From the human T2T-CHM13v2.0 reference genome, Homo sapiens, in NCBI RefSeq assembly GCF_009914755.1, contig NC_060941.1: DNA of 64,000 bases; one strand, written 5' to 3'. A program made the position numbers and the translations under genes. The notes beneath the pieces were generated by a model. That model ran no database searches. It had not been told where the DNA came from and was given only the letters and a program-made list of their open reading frames with translations. The first letter of the stretch is position 1; every line of letters starts with the position of its first letter. This document shows positions 17,600 through 32,629 of this stretch, piece after piece.

Positions 17600-19606
17600 T
17601 CACAGTTAAAGCATTCCCTTTCGGTGGCTCTTGAGTGGCACAGTTATGATTTAGTTGGAAACTGGTTATTGTTGAGAAACTGTTAGTCTTCCCCTTCACC
17701 TTCCTGGTGCCTTTAAGGGGGCCCACCTCTGTCCATGATTCACTATTTCTCTAAGTTATGGGTGAATTGTCACTACAGGGAGTCACCCTTTCTCCAGAAC
17801 TGTCTGAAGCTTTAGTGAGCTCGGGCAGAGGATGGAAAAGGAATGGTCCCTGTCCAGCTCTGATATCACAGCATCAAGTAATCAGGACAGGGAAAAACTG
17901 GCCTCCTGCACATTCTGAAGTCAAAGGAGACAACATCCAAAGTCCTATGTCAGTTGAAGAAGGGTAATTCCCATTCCCAACTCATACACCCCATCCCAAT
18001 TCTCTGCTTATTTCTGGCAAGTAGTGGGTATGGTGGTAACCTGAAGTCTTCCTGGCTCCAAAGGAAAGAACCAAACCCCAAGGTAAACCCGTCTTACTTA
18101 GCATAGACAGTATCAAGATTCTAAAAACTCAAAACTGAAGTTTTCATCCTTTGGAAAATCAAAATACTGTATACAAACTCTCATGGAAGCAAGCATAGAA
18201 TTGAAGTATAACAGGCTCTTTGGGGTTCATAGACCCTGAACCCCTTGATGGCAGAGACTTTACCTTACTCATCACCATGATACCAAGAGCATAACAGGTA
18301 CCCAGTGAAATAATTGCCAAAGAAATGAGTGCATGCAGGAATGAATACATGTGAAGTGCTCAGTTTTCCACAGTTAATGAGACCCAACTCAATCATAAAG
18401 AGCTCCATGATGTGAGGAGATACAGTAATTAAGCACATGGACATAAAAGGCCCAAACCTCCAACTTTTCACTCAATGTATGAATCATCAGTGTAAAGAAG
18501 TCATGTCCTGCAGATGCTTGATGATTTGGTTTGAAGTTAAATTTACTCCTGTGACTTCATTATTTTAAGTAGCCTCAGGCATCTGGAACTAAGTAAACGA
18601 AGCCAGACACAGTAGCTCAGAAGACATGGAAAAAGTGTATAAACAGGTATGTGCAGTAAATTAAAGGCTGCCATGGCCTTGAAACTTACATTATAAAATC
18701 AGAAGAAAAAAACCCCAAACATCTAAGATTCTAATTGAAGCCACATTTCTGCTGCTAGGTGATGATAATTAAAGCATGAGACAGGGAGTCTTAAACTCAC
18801 TTGCCCAGTCTCTGTTTCTAATGATACAGTTTAATTCCATTCATGGCTCAAGTCTCAACCTCCAGTGGTGAATACATTGGAACAACTGTTCTTGATGTTT
18901 CTGTGGTTTTGCGGTACCTGTTATTAAATTGGAGTTGATGATTGGGATGTATAGAATGCTCTACTTCAGGGATCAGTTTGTAGAATGTTTCAGAAGCAAG
19001 TGTGGTTGAGTGGAGAGATCTATGGACTTTGTAGTCTCATATCAAAGCTCGAATCTGTTCCCTGTTAGCCTTATTGCCTTGAGCAAGTTATTTAATCTCA
19101 CTGAGTCTCAGGTTCCTTGTTAGTAAAATGAGAATAGTGGTACATGCTTAGTATGGGCATTATAAGGATTACATGAAATATTCAATATAAAATGCACCAC
19201 CCCTAGTATGACACATAGGTCAGTGAATTTTGGTTCACTCCCTTCTCTTCTTTTCATCCCAAACTCTCCAAATATCACTTGTCTTTCTTCTCTTTATACA
19301 ATATCCAATGTTTCATCTCCCTTCCAGGGTCCAATGCAGTGTTGAATATCTGGTAGAAATTAACTAAATGAACATTGAGATGAAATGCTTCCAGTCAAAT
19401 ACCTTTCTTTGGTTAACTCTCTCCTTTTGAAGTTCTGACTTTGATCTTCTGTAGTTCAGTTCATTTCAAACCATTTTCAGAAGCCCTGTTGTGCAGTGGA
19501 TACTCAGGAAAGCATTGAGAAGAGCTATGCCTAGGTCCTGGTTCCTGTCATGGTTGCTGATAGTCTGGTGGAGGAGATGCCTAAGCAGATCTTTTCAGTG
19601 TTTTCT

Positions 19607-19980
19607 TTTCTTTTCTTTTCTTTTCTCTTCTTTTCTTTTCTTTTCTTTTTCTTTTTCTTTTCTTTTTTTTCTTTTTTTTTTTTTCTTTTTTTTTTTAAGG
19701 TAGAGTCTCACTCTGTTTCCAAGCTGGAGTGCAGTGGCATGATCTTGGCTCACAGCAAACTTGACCTCCTGGGTTCAAGTGATTCTTGTCCCTCAGCCTC
19801 ATAAGTAGCTTGGATTACAGGCATGCACCACCACACCCAGTTAATTTTTGTATTTTTAGTAGAGGCGGGGTTTCACCATGTTGGCCAGGCTGGTCTCAAA
19901 CTCCTGGCCTCAAGAGATCTACCCAGCTCAGCCTCCCAAATCCCCTGTTGGGATTATAGGCGTGAGCCACAGTGCCCAGC
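19607..19980 (-). mobile_element. Alu with long (TTTTC)n tail
   Basis: Alu body 19700-19980. 16-bp TSD CTTTTCAGTGTTTTCT at 19591-19606 and 19983-19998. Confidence 0.93.
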
Positions 19981-20144
19981 AACTTTTCAGTGTTTTCTAT
20001 GTGTGGTCTTTCTTCCTCCTGAAGTGGGCATGTTTCCCCAGCAGGCACCTTCTACTTCTCTGTATTGATCACTGCAAATAAACAAGAACTTTCCCCTTCA
20101 GAACACACACAGAACTCAGCACTTCCTCCTGCCACTATTCACAT

Positions 20145-20771
20145 TGTAACCCAAAAATAAAATCTAAAGTCCCACCCCCACCCTCAACCACCTGAATGAA
20201 CTCCCTCCTCTTGGCCAGGGCACTCTAAAGTTAACCTGAAAGACTGGTTCAGGCCATGATGGGAAGGGGGGTTGGACATGCCCCATTATGCCCTTCTCTC
20301 TTTCAGAATTCAGGAAAAGCCAACCAGCATTTAACCGCAGGAACTTTACGTCTGATAAGAAACATTTACTATGGATTCTCTCTGAAGCCTGCTATCTGGA
20401 AGTTTCATCTGCATGATAAAACTCGGTCCCCACAATCTCTTATTCTAACCCAGGCATTCCTTTCTATTGATAATAACTCTTTCAACAAATTGACAATCAG
20501 AAAAATTTTAAATCTACCTATAACCTGGAATCCCTGTTGCCCCCTCTTCAAGTTGTCCCCCCTTTCTGGACTGAACCAATGTGTATCTTAAATGCATTTG
20601 ATTGATGTCTCATGTCTCCCTAAAATGTATAAATCCAATCTGCCTCCCAACCACCTTGAGCACATGTTCTCAGGGTCTTCTAAGGGCTGTGTCACAGGCC
20701 ATGGTCACTTATATTTGGTTCAGAATAAATCTCTCCAAATATTTTACAGAGTTTGATTCTTCTCATTGACA
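20145..20771 (+). mobile_element. MER4-group ERV1 solo LTR
   Basis: TG...CA termini. Starts tgtaacccaaaaataaaatct and ends aataaatctctccaaatattttacagagtttga...gaca, typical of MER4. 4-bp flanks acat/actt. Confidence 0.8.
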
Positions 20772-20849
20772 ACTTCCTGTCCCAGATGATATGTATCAGT
20801 GAATTTGTCTTATTCTTTCTCTCATTATCCCTTCCCACCTTCCCCCTCC

Positions 20850-21537
20850 TGAAGCAGCCTTTGCAAAATTATGACTGAGACAGGGAAAGCCATTTAAATT
20901 AACCGACTCCATCTTGCTTCTAACCTCCAAGTTGTCCTTGTTCATTCCTGAACAGAGGCTGAACTAACTTTGGGAGAAACTTGGTTTACAGTTTACAGTT
21001 TAAAACTAAGATGATAGCCCTTTCCCAAAGCAGACCTCTTTCTTGCTTGGGGACTAGATTGCCTTTGTAGGACTAACATTAGCCACAAGATTAGAAATTA
21101 TGGTTTAGGAGTCATGCAACTGGAGGCTATAAGATTCTGGCCCTCCCTAAAATGCTCCTAAGATCAGTGCTTGAGATATTTTGCAGACTCTGCACTTCAC
21201 GGATCAGCTGGCACCCCCAGATTGACAAACTGGCTCATCTGATCTTGTGGCTGCCACCCAAGAACTGACTCAGTGCAAGAAGACAGCTTGGACTCTCTGT
21301 GATTTCATCTCTGACCAATCAGCACTCTGGGCTCACCGGCTTCCCCCCGTCCACCAAGTTTTGCTTAAAAACTCTGCTCCCAAAATATTTGGGAAGACTG
21401 ATTTGAGTAATAATGAAACTCTAGTCTCTCGCACAGCAGGCTCTGAGTGAATTACTCTTTCTCTATTGCAATTCCTCTGTCTTGAGAAATTGGCTCTGTC
21501 TAGGCAGAGGGCAAGGTAAACCCATTGGGTGGTTATA
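20850..21537 (+). mobile_element. LTR8 solo LTR (ERV1)
   Basis: Starts tgaagcagcctttgcaaaattat and ends gggcaaggtaaacccattgggtggttata. 4-bp TSD CTCC at 20846-20849 and 21538-21541. Confidence 0.85.
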
Positions 21538-21712
21538 CTCCCTCAACACACTCATGAAGGTGATAACCTACCATAAGGCAGACACACCAGGTCTGCTCCT
21601 CAATAGTTGTGCAAACTTGAACAATAACAATGAAAACATTTTCTTATCAATCTTCAGTTTCATGGTCTGCAGGACAGATTTTTTTTTTTTTGCAGGTATT
21701 GGGAAGGCTAAA

Positions 21713-21998
21713 AAGAAAAATAAATTGTGGTAATTTCTTTATTTTTTAAATTTACCTTTACATCTCTTAACCAAGTATCAAGCACCAGGAGGCTGAGTCC
21801 TAATTCACTCTCCCTCACTCTGTTACTTGGGAAACTGACCTGGAAATGAAACCACCTTTGCAAAAATTATAACAGTGAGAAAATTATGGCAATGAATGAG
21901 ATCTTATTTAACTGACCCCCATCTTGCCCCACCTTGCCTTTAGCTGCCCTTAATTATTCCTGGCCTTAGGCCAAGCTAACTTTAGGTGACATTTAGTT
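21713..21998 (+). repeat. Copy 1 of ~280-bp direct repeat (includes 5' part of an LTR8A/B-like LTR from 21847)
   Basis: Colinear with 24614-24890. Confidence 0.92.
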
Positions 21999-22407
21999 CC
22001 CCTCCAAAAATTTAGTTCCCCTCTCCTCCTCAAAAATGCTTCTTGATCTAATATACAACTTCAGCAGTTTCAGGATACAAAATCAATGTACAAAAATCAG
22101 TAGCATTCCTATACACCAATGATATCCAAGCTGAGAGCCAGATCAAGAATACAATTCCATTCACAATAGCCAGAAAAAGACTAAAATACCTAGGAGAATA
22201 CAGCTAACCAAGGAGGTGAAAGTCCTCTACAACAAGGATTACAAAACACTGCTCAAAGAAATCAGAGATGACAAAAACAAATGTAAAAATATTCCATAGT
22301 CATGGACAGGAAGAATCAACATTCTCAAAATGGCCATACAGCTCAAAGCAATTTACAGATTCAGTGCTATTCCTTTCAAACTGCCAATGACATTTTTCAT
22401 AGAATTA

Positions 22408-22821
<414 letters not shown>

Positions 22822-24067
22822 CTACAAAGCTATAGTAACAAAAACAGCATGGCAACAGTACAAAAGCAGGTGCATAGATTGATGGAACAGAATAGAGAGC
22901 CCAGAAATAATATTGTGTACCTACAACCACCTGATCTTTGAGAAAATTCACAGAAGCTAGCAATGGCAAAAGGACTTCTTATTCAATAAATCATGCTCAG
23001 ATAACTGGCTAGCCATACACAGAAGGTTGAAACTGGACACCTTCTTTACACCATATACAAAAATTAACTCAAGATGGATTAGAGATTTAAATCTAAAACC
23101 AAAAACTATAAAAACTCTGGAAGGCAACCTAAGAAATATCAATCTGGACATAGGAACTGGAAAAGACTTCATGAAAAAGACACTAAAAGCAACAGCAACA
23201 GCAACAACAACAAAAAATTGACCAATGGGACCTAATTAAACTAAAGAACTTCTGAACAGTGAAACTACAGGTTAAGCAGGCAACCTACAGAATGGGAGAA
23301 CATATTTGCAAACTGCATCTGACAAATGTCTAATATCCAGAAACTACAAGAAACTTAAACAAGCAAAGAATAAACAACCCCATTACAAAGCAGGCAAGGA
23401 CATGAACAGGAACTTTTCAAAAGAAGACATTCATGTAGCCAATGAGCATATGAAAAAAATGCCCAACATCACTGATCACGAGAGAAATATAAATCAAAAC
23501 CACAATGAGATACTATCTCACATCAGTCAGAATGAATATTATCAAAAAGTCAAAAAAAAAATAACAGATTCTGGCGAGGTTGTGGAGAAAAGGGAATGCT
23601 TATGCACTGCTGGTGGGAATGTAAATTACTTCAGCAATTGTGGAAATCAGTTTGGCAATTTCTCAAAGAATTTAAAACAGAATTACCATTTGACACAGCA
23701 ATCCCATCATTGAGTATATGCCCAAAGGAAGATAAATCCTTCTACCATAAAGACACATGCATGTGTATGTTCATCACAGCACTATTCACAATAGCAAAGA
23801 CATAGAATCAACCTAAATGCCCATCAATGGTAGACTGTGGTCTACTATTGTGGCACATGTAGTACCATTGTGGTACAAATGTGGTACATGTATACCATGG
23901 AAGACTATGCGGCCATAAAAAGAATGAGATCATGCCCTTTGCAGCAACATTGTTGGCCATTATCCTTGGCAAACTAACGCAGGGACAGAAAACCAGATAC
24001 TGCACATTCTCACTTACAAGTAGAAGCTAAACATGGCGTACATATGGACACAAACAAGGGAGCAACT

Positions 24068-24400
24068 GACGAGGTGCAGTGGCTCATGCCTGTAATCCCA
24101 GCACTTTGGGAGGCTGAGGCAGCAGGATTACTTGAGCTCAGGAGTTCAAGACCCACCTGGGCAACACACTGAGACCCTGTATCTACAAAAAAAAAAAAAA
24201 AAAAAAAAAAAAATTAAATTACCTGGGCATGGTGGCACATGCCTGTAGTCCCAGCTCCTTGGGAGGCTGAAGTGAAAGGATCTCTTGAGCTTAGCAGTCA
24301 AGACTGCAGTGAACCATGATTGTGTCACTGCACTCCAGCCTGGGTGACAGAGAGAAACCTTGTCTCAAAAAAAAAAAAAAAGAAAGAAAGAAAAGAAAAG
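24068..24400 (+). mobile_element. Alu (AluJ-like) inside L1 3' UTR
   Basis: Dimeric Alu with expanded middle A-run and A/GAAA tail. Confidence 0.9.
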
Positions 24401-24613
24401 AAGGGAACAACAGACAACAGACACTGGGGCCTATTTGAAGGTGGAGAGTGAGAGGAGGGTGAGGATTGAAAACTACTTATTGAGTACTATGCTTATTATC
24501 TGGGTGAGGAAATAATTTGTACACCAAACCCCTGAAACATGCAATCTACCTACATAGCAAACCTGCACATGTATCCCTGAGCCTAAAATAAAAATTTTTT
24601 AAAAAGAAAAAGC

Positions 24614-24890
24614 AAGAAAAATAAATTGTGGTCATTTACTTCTTTTTTTAAATTTACCATTACCTCTCCTAGCTAAGTACCAAGCCCCAGGAGATTGAGT
24701 CCTAATTCACTCTCCTTCACTCTGTTAACGTGGGAAACTGACCTGAAATGAAACCACCTTTGCAAAAATTGTAACAGTGGGAAAATCACGGCAGCGAAAG
24801 AGATCTGATTCAATCAATCCTCATTTTGCTTATAGCTGCCCTTAATTATTCCTGGGCTTACGTTGAGCTAAATTTGGGAGACATTTAATT
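24614..24890 (+). repeat. Copy 2 of ~280-bp direct repeat
   Basis: Colinear with 21713-21998. Starts immediately after the L1 tail. Confidence 0.92.
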
Positions 24891-25543
24891 TATAGTTTAA
24901 GTGATAATAGGCCTTCCCCACATCTCAGCTACTTTGTAAAGTTAATGAGAGACCACCAGGCTAGGAGGATAGAGGAGTCTGAATTCTGCTAAAGTGTAGA
25001 CATAAATGATTGCCAGCCATTATTGCAGAAGTCACAGGATATGCAACTGCCCCAGTAACTCCTGCAGATAACATCACCATTGTAGAACCTAAGATTGGCC
25101 TTTTGAGATGTCTTTTCAGATTTTTTGGATGGCCAATGGCTCCACCTAGACCCACCAATTGCTCCTGTAATTTTATCTGTGACTCAAGCAATTAGTACTC
25201 CCCATACGCTAGCCCCCTGCCCACCAGACTATCTTTGAAAAGACCCTTGCTGGTCGCGATGGCTCACACCTGCAATCCCAGAACTTTGGGAGGTCAAGGT
25301 GGGCCAATCGTGTGAGCTCAGGAGTTCAAGACCAGCCTGGGGAGCATGGCAAAACCCTGTCTCTACAAAAAATACAAAAATTAGCCTGGCATAGTGTTGC
25401 ATGCCTGTAGTCTCAGCTACTTGGGAGGCTGAGGTGGGAGAACCATCTGAGCCTGCAGAGGTTGAGGAGGCAGTGAGTTGTGATTGCGCCACTGCTCTCC
25501 AGAGTGGGTGACAGAATGAGACCCTGTAAAAAAAAAATAATGA

Positions 25544-25599
<56 letters not shown>

Positions 25600-25900
25600 A
25601 GAAAGAAAGAAGGAAGGAAGGAAAGGAAAGAAAGAAAGAAAGAGAGAGAGAAAGAAAGAAAGAAAGAAAGAGAGAGAGGAAGGAAGGAAGGAAGGAAGAA
25701 AGGAAGGAAGGAAGAGCAGAAAAGAAGGAAAACTCCTAGCCTCCAAGCCTTCAAGGAGATTGATTTGAGTAATAACTCTGTCTCCAGCGTGGTGTGGTCG
25801 GCCTCGCATCAATTAAACACCTTCTTTGCTGCAATGTTCTGGTTTCTGTGCATTGACTGTGTCTGTGCAGCATGCAGGAAGAACCAGTCCAGTGGTTAAA
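24749..25900 (+). mobile_element. LTR8A/LTR8B-like solo LTR interrupted by an Alu
   Basis: Starts tgaaaccacctttgcaaaaatt, resumes after the Alu with gattgatttgagtaataactc and ends ...gtggttaaa. Confidence 0.8.
25249..25730 (+). mobile_element. Alu (AluJ-like) with ~190-bp (GAAA)n/(GGAA)n tail
   Basis: Alu body 25249-25527 followed by a homopurine microsatellite. Confidence 0.9.
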
Positions 25901-26304
25901 GACCCCTGAGTGAGATTGGTGCTGACAGTCTCTCTGAACACTACCCCCGAACTGTATCTTTCTCCCTCTTCTGAAACAGAGTCCTTCCAGTGATCCAACC
26001 CAGGGTCTGTTCTGGCTGGAGAAGTGCCCTCCCCTCTGGACTTGTCCAGGGACTTCTGGCTCCCAAGAGATGGATGTGAATTTGTTCCTATGTCCCAGGC
26101 CCCTAGCTTCCTACTCCCTCCCTCTGCTTCCCAGTCAGATTCAGCCACCTCATACTCAGTAACAGTTTTGAGCAGAGTGTCACCCAGGATACCCAGACCC
26201 ACCACTGTGGCAAGTCCTAGCAGGTGCAGGTATAATGTCCCCTTTGCAACTTACTAAACATGTGACTTTCCTTCCCCATACCGCCACACTCCCGCTCTCT
26301 GTCT

Positions 26305-26310
26305 TGCGCG

Positions 26311-26355
<45 letters not shown>
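26305..26355. repeat. (CG)n/(CA)n alternating microsatellite
   Basis: tgcgcgcacacgcgcgcg(ca)n, 51 nt of uninterrupted alternation. Confidence 0.95.
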
Positions 26356-26357
<2 letters not shown>

Positions 26358-29300
26358 AGAGTCTGCTTCCTCCTCTATGAAGTAAGGTAGCTGGTGTTAA
26401 CATTCTTGTGGCCCTATCATTAGTAAAAGACCTTTCTCTGTTTCTGTAATCAAATACCTCTGGGATCCAGCTCCTGCATGTTGGGCACTGGGTGCTGCCA
26501 CTGGAAGGAGATAAAACACAGGGAGGGTGGCCCCCTGGGAGGGTTATAGGGGCCACTGCAGTCCGTCTCTGTCTTCTCAGGTCATTTCTCAGAAACATGC
26601 CCTTGGCTAGGTCTTTGTAGGGGGCGATAAAGCCAAGCCGAGGATATAAAGTGTGGAAACAGCAGTGCCAGACATATCTGCATACTCATTTCTCCCACAG
26701 ACACACACCCATGGAGCCAGATGACTGATGGAGACTGATGACAACAATAACAATTAACATTTGTGGATTACCCTGGGGGCCAGTCTAAGGGCTTAACAAG
26801 TATTTATTTAACTTACTGATCCTCACAACAATGCTAGGAGATAGGGACTATGACTATTCTCATTTTACAAATGTTGAAACAGAGGAACTACAAGGCTAAG
26901 TAAATTGACCAGAGTATATAATATCATAAGTGACAGAGCTGGGGCTCAGACCCTGGAAATCAGGTTCTAGAGGTTGCTCATTGAAACTTTTAACCAGACA
27001 GAGAGCTTCAGACACATGCAGGCACTCACACACAGCAGGACTGGCTTCTTCCCGGCATTAGGATGGGAAGAAGGGGCCCATCCAGCCTCCCTCACCATAC
27101 CTGGCCATGGTTGGCCCCAGCACCCAGCACTCTACCCACAAGGGTATCTATAGGGGAGGGGCTTGTCTCAGCAGAGGTACACAGATATTCACACCCTAGA
27201 GCGCCTACCATTCCCACCCTTAGTCCCTGGGAAGTAGAAACCAGGACAAATTCTCTCACACAAGTCCTTTGAAAAAGGCCTACTCACGCCTGTGGAGACA
27301 TCTGACCACAGGGCCAAGTCTTATCCCAGACAACCTCTACATTCTCCAAAGCAGCCATCTCTTTGACCTTGAAAAATCAGGCAGTAATGTACTCTTTTCA
27401 GGGTAACACTGAGGCTTAGATGAGATGCTGTATTTAAAGCACGTAACACAGGGCTGTGCACACAGTAGGAGCCCAATAAATGAGGCACTAGTATGATGCC
27501 ACTGCTATAATTAACTGAAAGCACAGCTGAATGCAGAGATAGACACCCAGACAGGGTGTTCCTGCAGCCTCTCTGCATCAAGACTGGCTAGGGGAAGATG
27601 TTCTGGAAAGCAGGCCTGGAAGGGTTTTGCTCAGCTAAAGCTGACCTGGGAATCAGACAAGAGGAACAGAGGCAGGGGGAAGGAAGGAAGATATTAGTCC
27701 AGGGCAGGGGCTGAAGTGTCCCGAGGGCCCTTCTCTTCACTAATTCCTGATGAAACTGGAGCTGGAAATTCACCGCCAAACTCTGAGGACTCTGGGAATG
27801 CCCCTCCCACCTGCTCCCTTTTCCACATTTTCACATGGCCAGATTCCCTGTATGCTCTGAGCCTTCAAGATAAAGTCAGTAATTTCCTCCCAGGCCCTGA
27901 AAATGGGAAAGTCCCAGCTATGTTGATTGTCCCTACAAGGCAAGACAAAGCCTGTTTACAGGCCTGACCTCTGAGCCCTGAAAGCAGGTCACACTGTGGC
28001 CTCTTTCCAACCCAGCTCTGGAGCTATCCAGCAGCCATAGGAAGGCCTGCCAGCTACATCCTTCATCCTCCCAGCCAGGCCTGCAGTCATTTGGGAAGTC
28101 CCAGGGATTCTCCCCACCCAGAGAGATAAACGAATTCTTCCCGGGTACTCCAGTGGAGCTTGGCACTTGCTAGAATAAGAGGGAGGTCAAACTGCCCTCA
28201 GTGTGAGGGCATCACTTCTGCAGCCTTTGTTTCTGTACTCCTAAAAGAGCAGAAATGAGTGACTTCACAGAGCTGTGGACTCAGATTTCACAATCGAGTG
28301 CAGAGCAGGAAGTCAGGGGTACAGGGACTAACTGCGAGCTCATACCTTGTTGGAGGAAGCAGCCTCACCATCCCCACAATCCATATATTCTTCAGAGGGA
28401 TGGCCAGGCCATGTGGGCAACCAGGCTGGTCTACACCCCCAACTTGGAGTGGGAAGGTCCAGGACCGCCCCCCAGGCTTGACATCTCTCCAGCTCTCCAG
28501 CTGTGCAGTCTTCATCAAGGCTTAGCCTCTCTGGGCCTTCATTTGCTTGCCTGCTGACTAGTAATGACTGAACCCTGAGTTGTGAAGCAGCTAAGGCCTG
28601 CGACACCCCTGCCTCTGTGCCTGGCAGGTGGGTCCCCATCAGTGTGTGCCATTCTCCCTCATACCCTAACCCTGGGTCTTACTCTGCTTGCTGCACCAAC
28701 TGCCCTTTCATCAACTCCTCTGCCCACCAGCAGCACATTCATGTGGTTTTTCTGAGAAGATTCCCTTCTGTTTTGTGAAATAGCCAGCAAATAGGGGCTG
28801 TCCTGTCCCAGTAAAAGGAATTACTCCAGCCCCAGGGCCTTTCCCCACGTTAACGTGAAGATCTCTATACAGCCACACAGAGGGCCTCCAAAGAGGCTTC
28901 TCTTACTCAACGTTCTTCTAGGGGACAGCAGTCAAGCCCCACATTCCCCATCCCCCAAGTTCTGCCAAGAGCCACAGCTGGGCAGGACAAGACCGAGCCA
29001 CATTTCTCTTGGGACTTCCTCATTACTGCTTATCACAACCTTGGCACGCCAAGCACACCATGCCATCAACCCACTATACCCCAACTCTGCCATGGTTGCT
29101 CAGCCTGGCAAGGCCCAAGTCTTCTGCTCTACTCCAGCTGCCCTCAGCAGAATGTGTGTGTCTTCAGAAGGTCTTTTTGCCAGGGCATCAGCTCCATTAA
29201 TCCCCATGGTGTGCTAATAGGGGACAATCACTCTGCTAAATACCCCATGTCAATAAATATATAAGGCAGGATACTCTAATCCATTGTTATCCCAGACCAG

Positions 29301-30422
29301 AACATTAGGCAGCAATGAATCACTAGCAGAGAAGGCATTCACGTTTCAATTATCTTTTAATCTTTCTGATTCCATCAAGAAGAAAACCTTAGTGCTTATA
29401 CTCGCCAATCTGTCTCTCTGTCTGTCTGTCTCTCTCTCTTCAGTGAGAGAGTAAGCTTATAAGCTCAGTACTCAGTACACCAGGCAGGCAGCTGCATCAA
29501 GTTTGAGTCAAAAAACAAGTTTGTTTTGATTGTATCTATGGCAGGCAATACTGCTTCCAAATTTGTAACAGTTATACATTTCTTTTTAAAATGAATTTAT
29601 TTAAGAAAAAAATGAGTCATTTTACATAAAACCACTAAGTATATAAGTGAACAGTGTTGCAAAGACTTGTCAAAAATCTCAAAGGTAGAATACCAAAATT
29701 GAGAATATGCTTTAGCTGAAAGGCATGCCACAGTAGTGAGAATTCCAGGCCCTGGGACTGGCTGGTAGACAAGGTGTTTGGGACACAGAGTTCCTTAATT
29801 TCCTTTCAAATCGCAGTTCCAAGGTTGCCATGTACCCATAGGATAAGCTCCACCTTTCATTCTTCTGTCCATTCATTCATTCAGCAAGTAGTTAAGTTTT
29901 ATTTTCGGTGTTTTTTGTTAATACTAAAAAATTGCTGAACAGAGAGCTCTGTCCAGCACCAAGTCTGGATTCTATGGAAGAAGTTGGGGAAACAGGACAC
30001 AAAGTTGTCCAGCAAAGTCTCTGTTGGTGACTGAGTGGCTGGCTAGGGTCCCTGGGCTTACCTGTCGGGTAGGACCTGGGCTGGCTGGATGTGGGCTGAG
30101 GTCAATGTGGTGCTGGTGCTGGTGGCCAGCTGCTTCTGTGGCATGTATCATGTCTGAGAAAGAATGGTGCACCCTGATAGGTCCACACAGTGTCAGAAGG
30201 CAAGGTGGCCAGGTCACAGGCTGTCACTTATTAAAACTGTGTCATAGAAAGACCATACAAATGGAAGTCAGATTCTAATTTCTATTCAGTTTTCACCTGG
30301 TTGCATGGCCTTGGGCATGTCATTTTGTCTCCCCAGACCTCAGTTTTCTCATCTGCAAAAGGTTAGGGGTCTTCTATTAGCTGAGAGGACTATTAGGAGA
30401 ATTAAAAGTGAGCTTCCTCTAG

Positions 30423-30778
<356 letters not shown>

Positions 30779-31225
30779 AGATGCTAATTATTTTAATAAA
30801 TTAATATATATAAGGGTCCAGCAGAAATCTCCTGCATATGTAAGTTCTTGAACCTGGCAGGTCTGATGAGAACTGCCCCTCCCTCTACTCAGCACCAGAA
30901 CTTTTCTGTGGTGAGGATGAATCAACCACAGGGCAACAATGGGGGAAGGTAATTGAAAAGCTCAGTGGTTCTCTGTGGATCCTGAGGACTTGGAAGGTGG
31001 CAGAGGGATGGATCCCAGTTCCTAGGTCCAGCAAGGCACCTGGGTGTAGGGCCAGCCCTCCTCTTCTCTAAGCTTTAGCATTGTCAGTTTGTCTGAGTGG
31101 GGAAAACAGAAATATTCTCAGCTAAAACTCTGACCATGGAGCAGCAAGAAACACTGGCTAGCAAAAGGGAAAGGTCAAATAGCTTATTATTTTCCTCTTG
31201 AAATCCGCCCAAGGCCTGGTATAAA

Positions 31226-31407
31226 GGGAAAAGCCACAGGAAAGCGTGTGGACTTTCCCAGTCACAATTACTAACAGCTGCTCCTGCATTCTGTAGCATC
31301 TGTGATATTGTAAGAGGCCCCTTTGTTCTCTAGAAAACCAGACACATTCCTTCCTCCTGAGCCCCAGCCACCCACGAGAGTGGGTCAAGTTGGGTGCATT
31401 TTGCAAG
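31226..31407. promoter_or_regulatory. Candidate far-upstream (-16 kb) CCL2 enhancer
   Basis: kB-like GGGAAAAGCC 31226-31235 and TGGACTTTCCC 31249-31259, plus C/EBP-type TTTTGCAAG 31399-31407, in apparently non-repeat sequence 16.3 kb from the TSS. Confidence 0.5.
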
Positions 31408-31641
31408 CTGCTTTGGAGCAGATAAGATAATTTCTTTCTTTGAAATTTCTCCTATGTCCATTCAACAGAGCATTAATAAGCACCTTCTTGAGCCAGGCAT
31501 TATCTCTGCAGTAGACATCCAGGAGTCCACGGAAAAATCAGAGAGACAAGCAGGACCCAGACAATCAGTGAAATGTGAGTGCAATAGAGTAGAACCCTTG
31601 TGTGGGGTAAACGTCAATGTTGCAGAAATATAAAAGAAGGG

Positions 31642-32629
<988 letters not shown>

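Noticed and set aside
25413-25899. 113-139 aa ORFs rich in K/E/R or F/L/S
   Set aside because: Translations of the (GAAA)n/(GGAA)n Alu tail. The same applies to 31974-32227 and 19491-19804.
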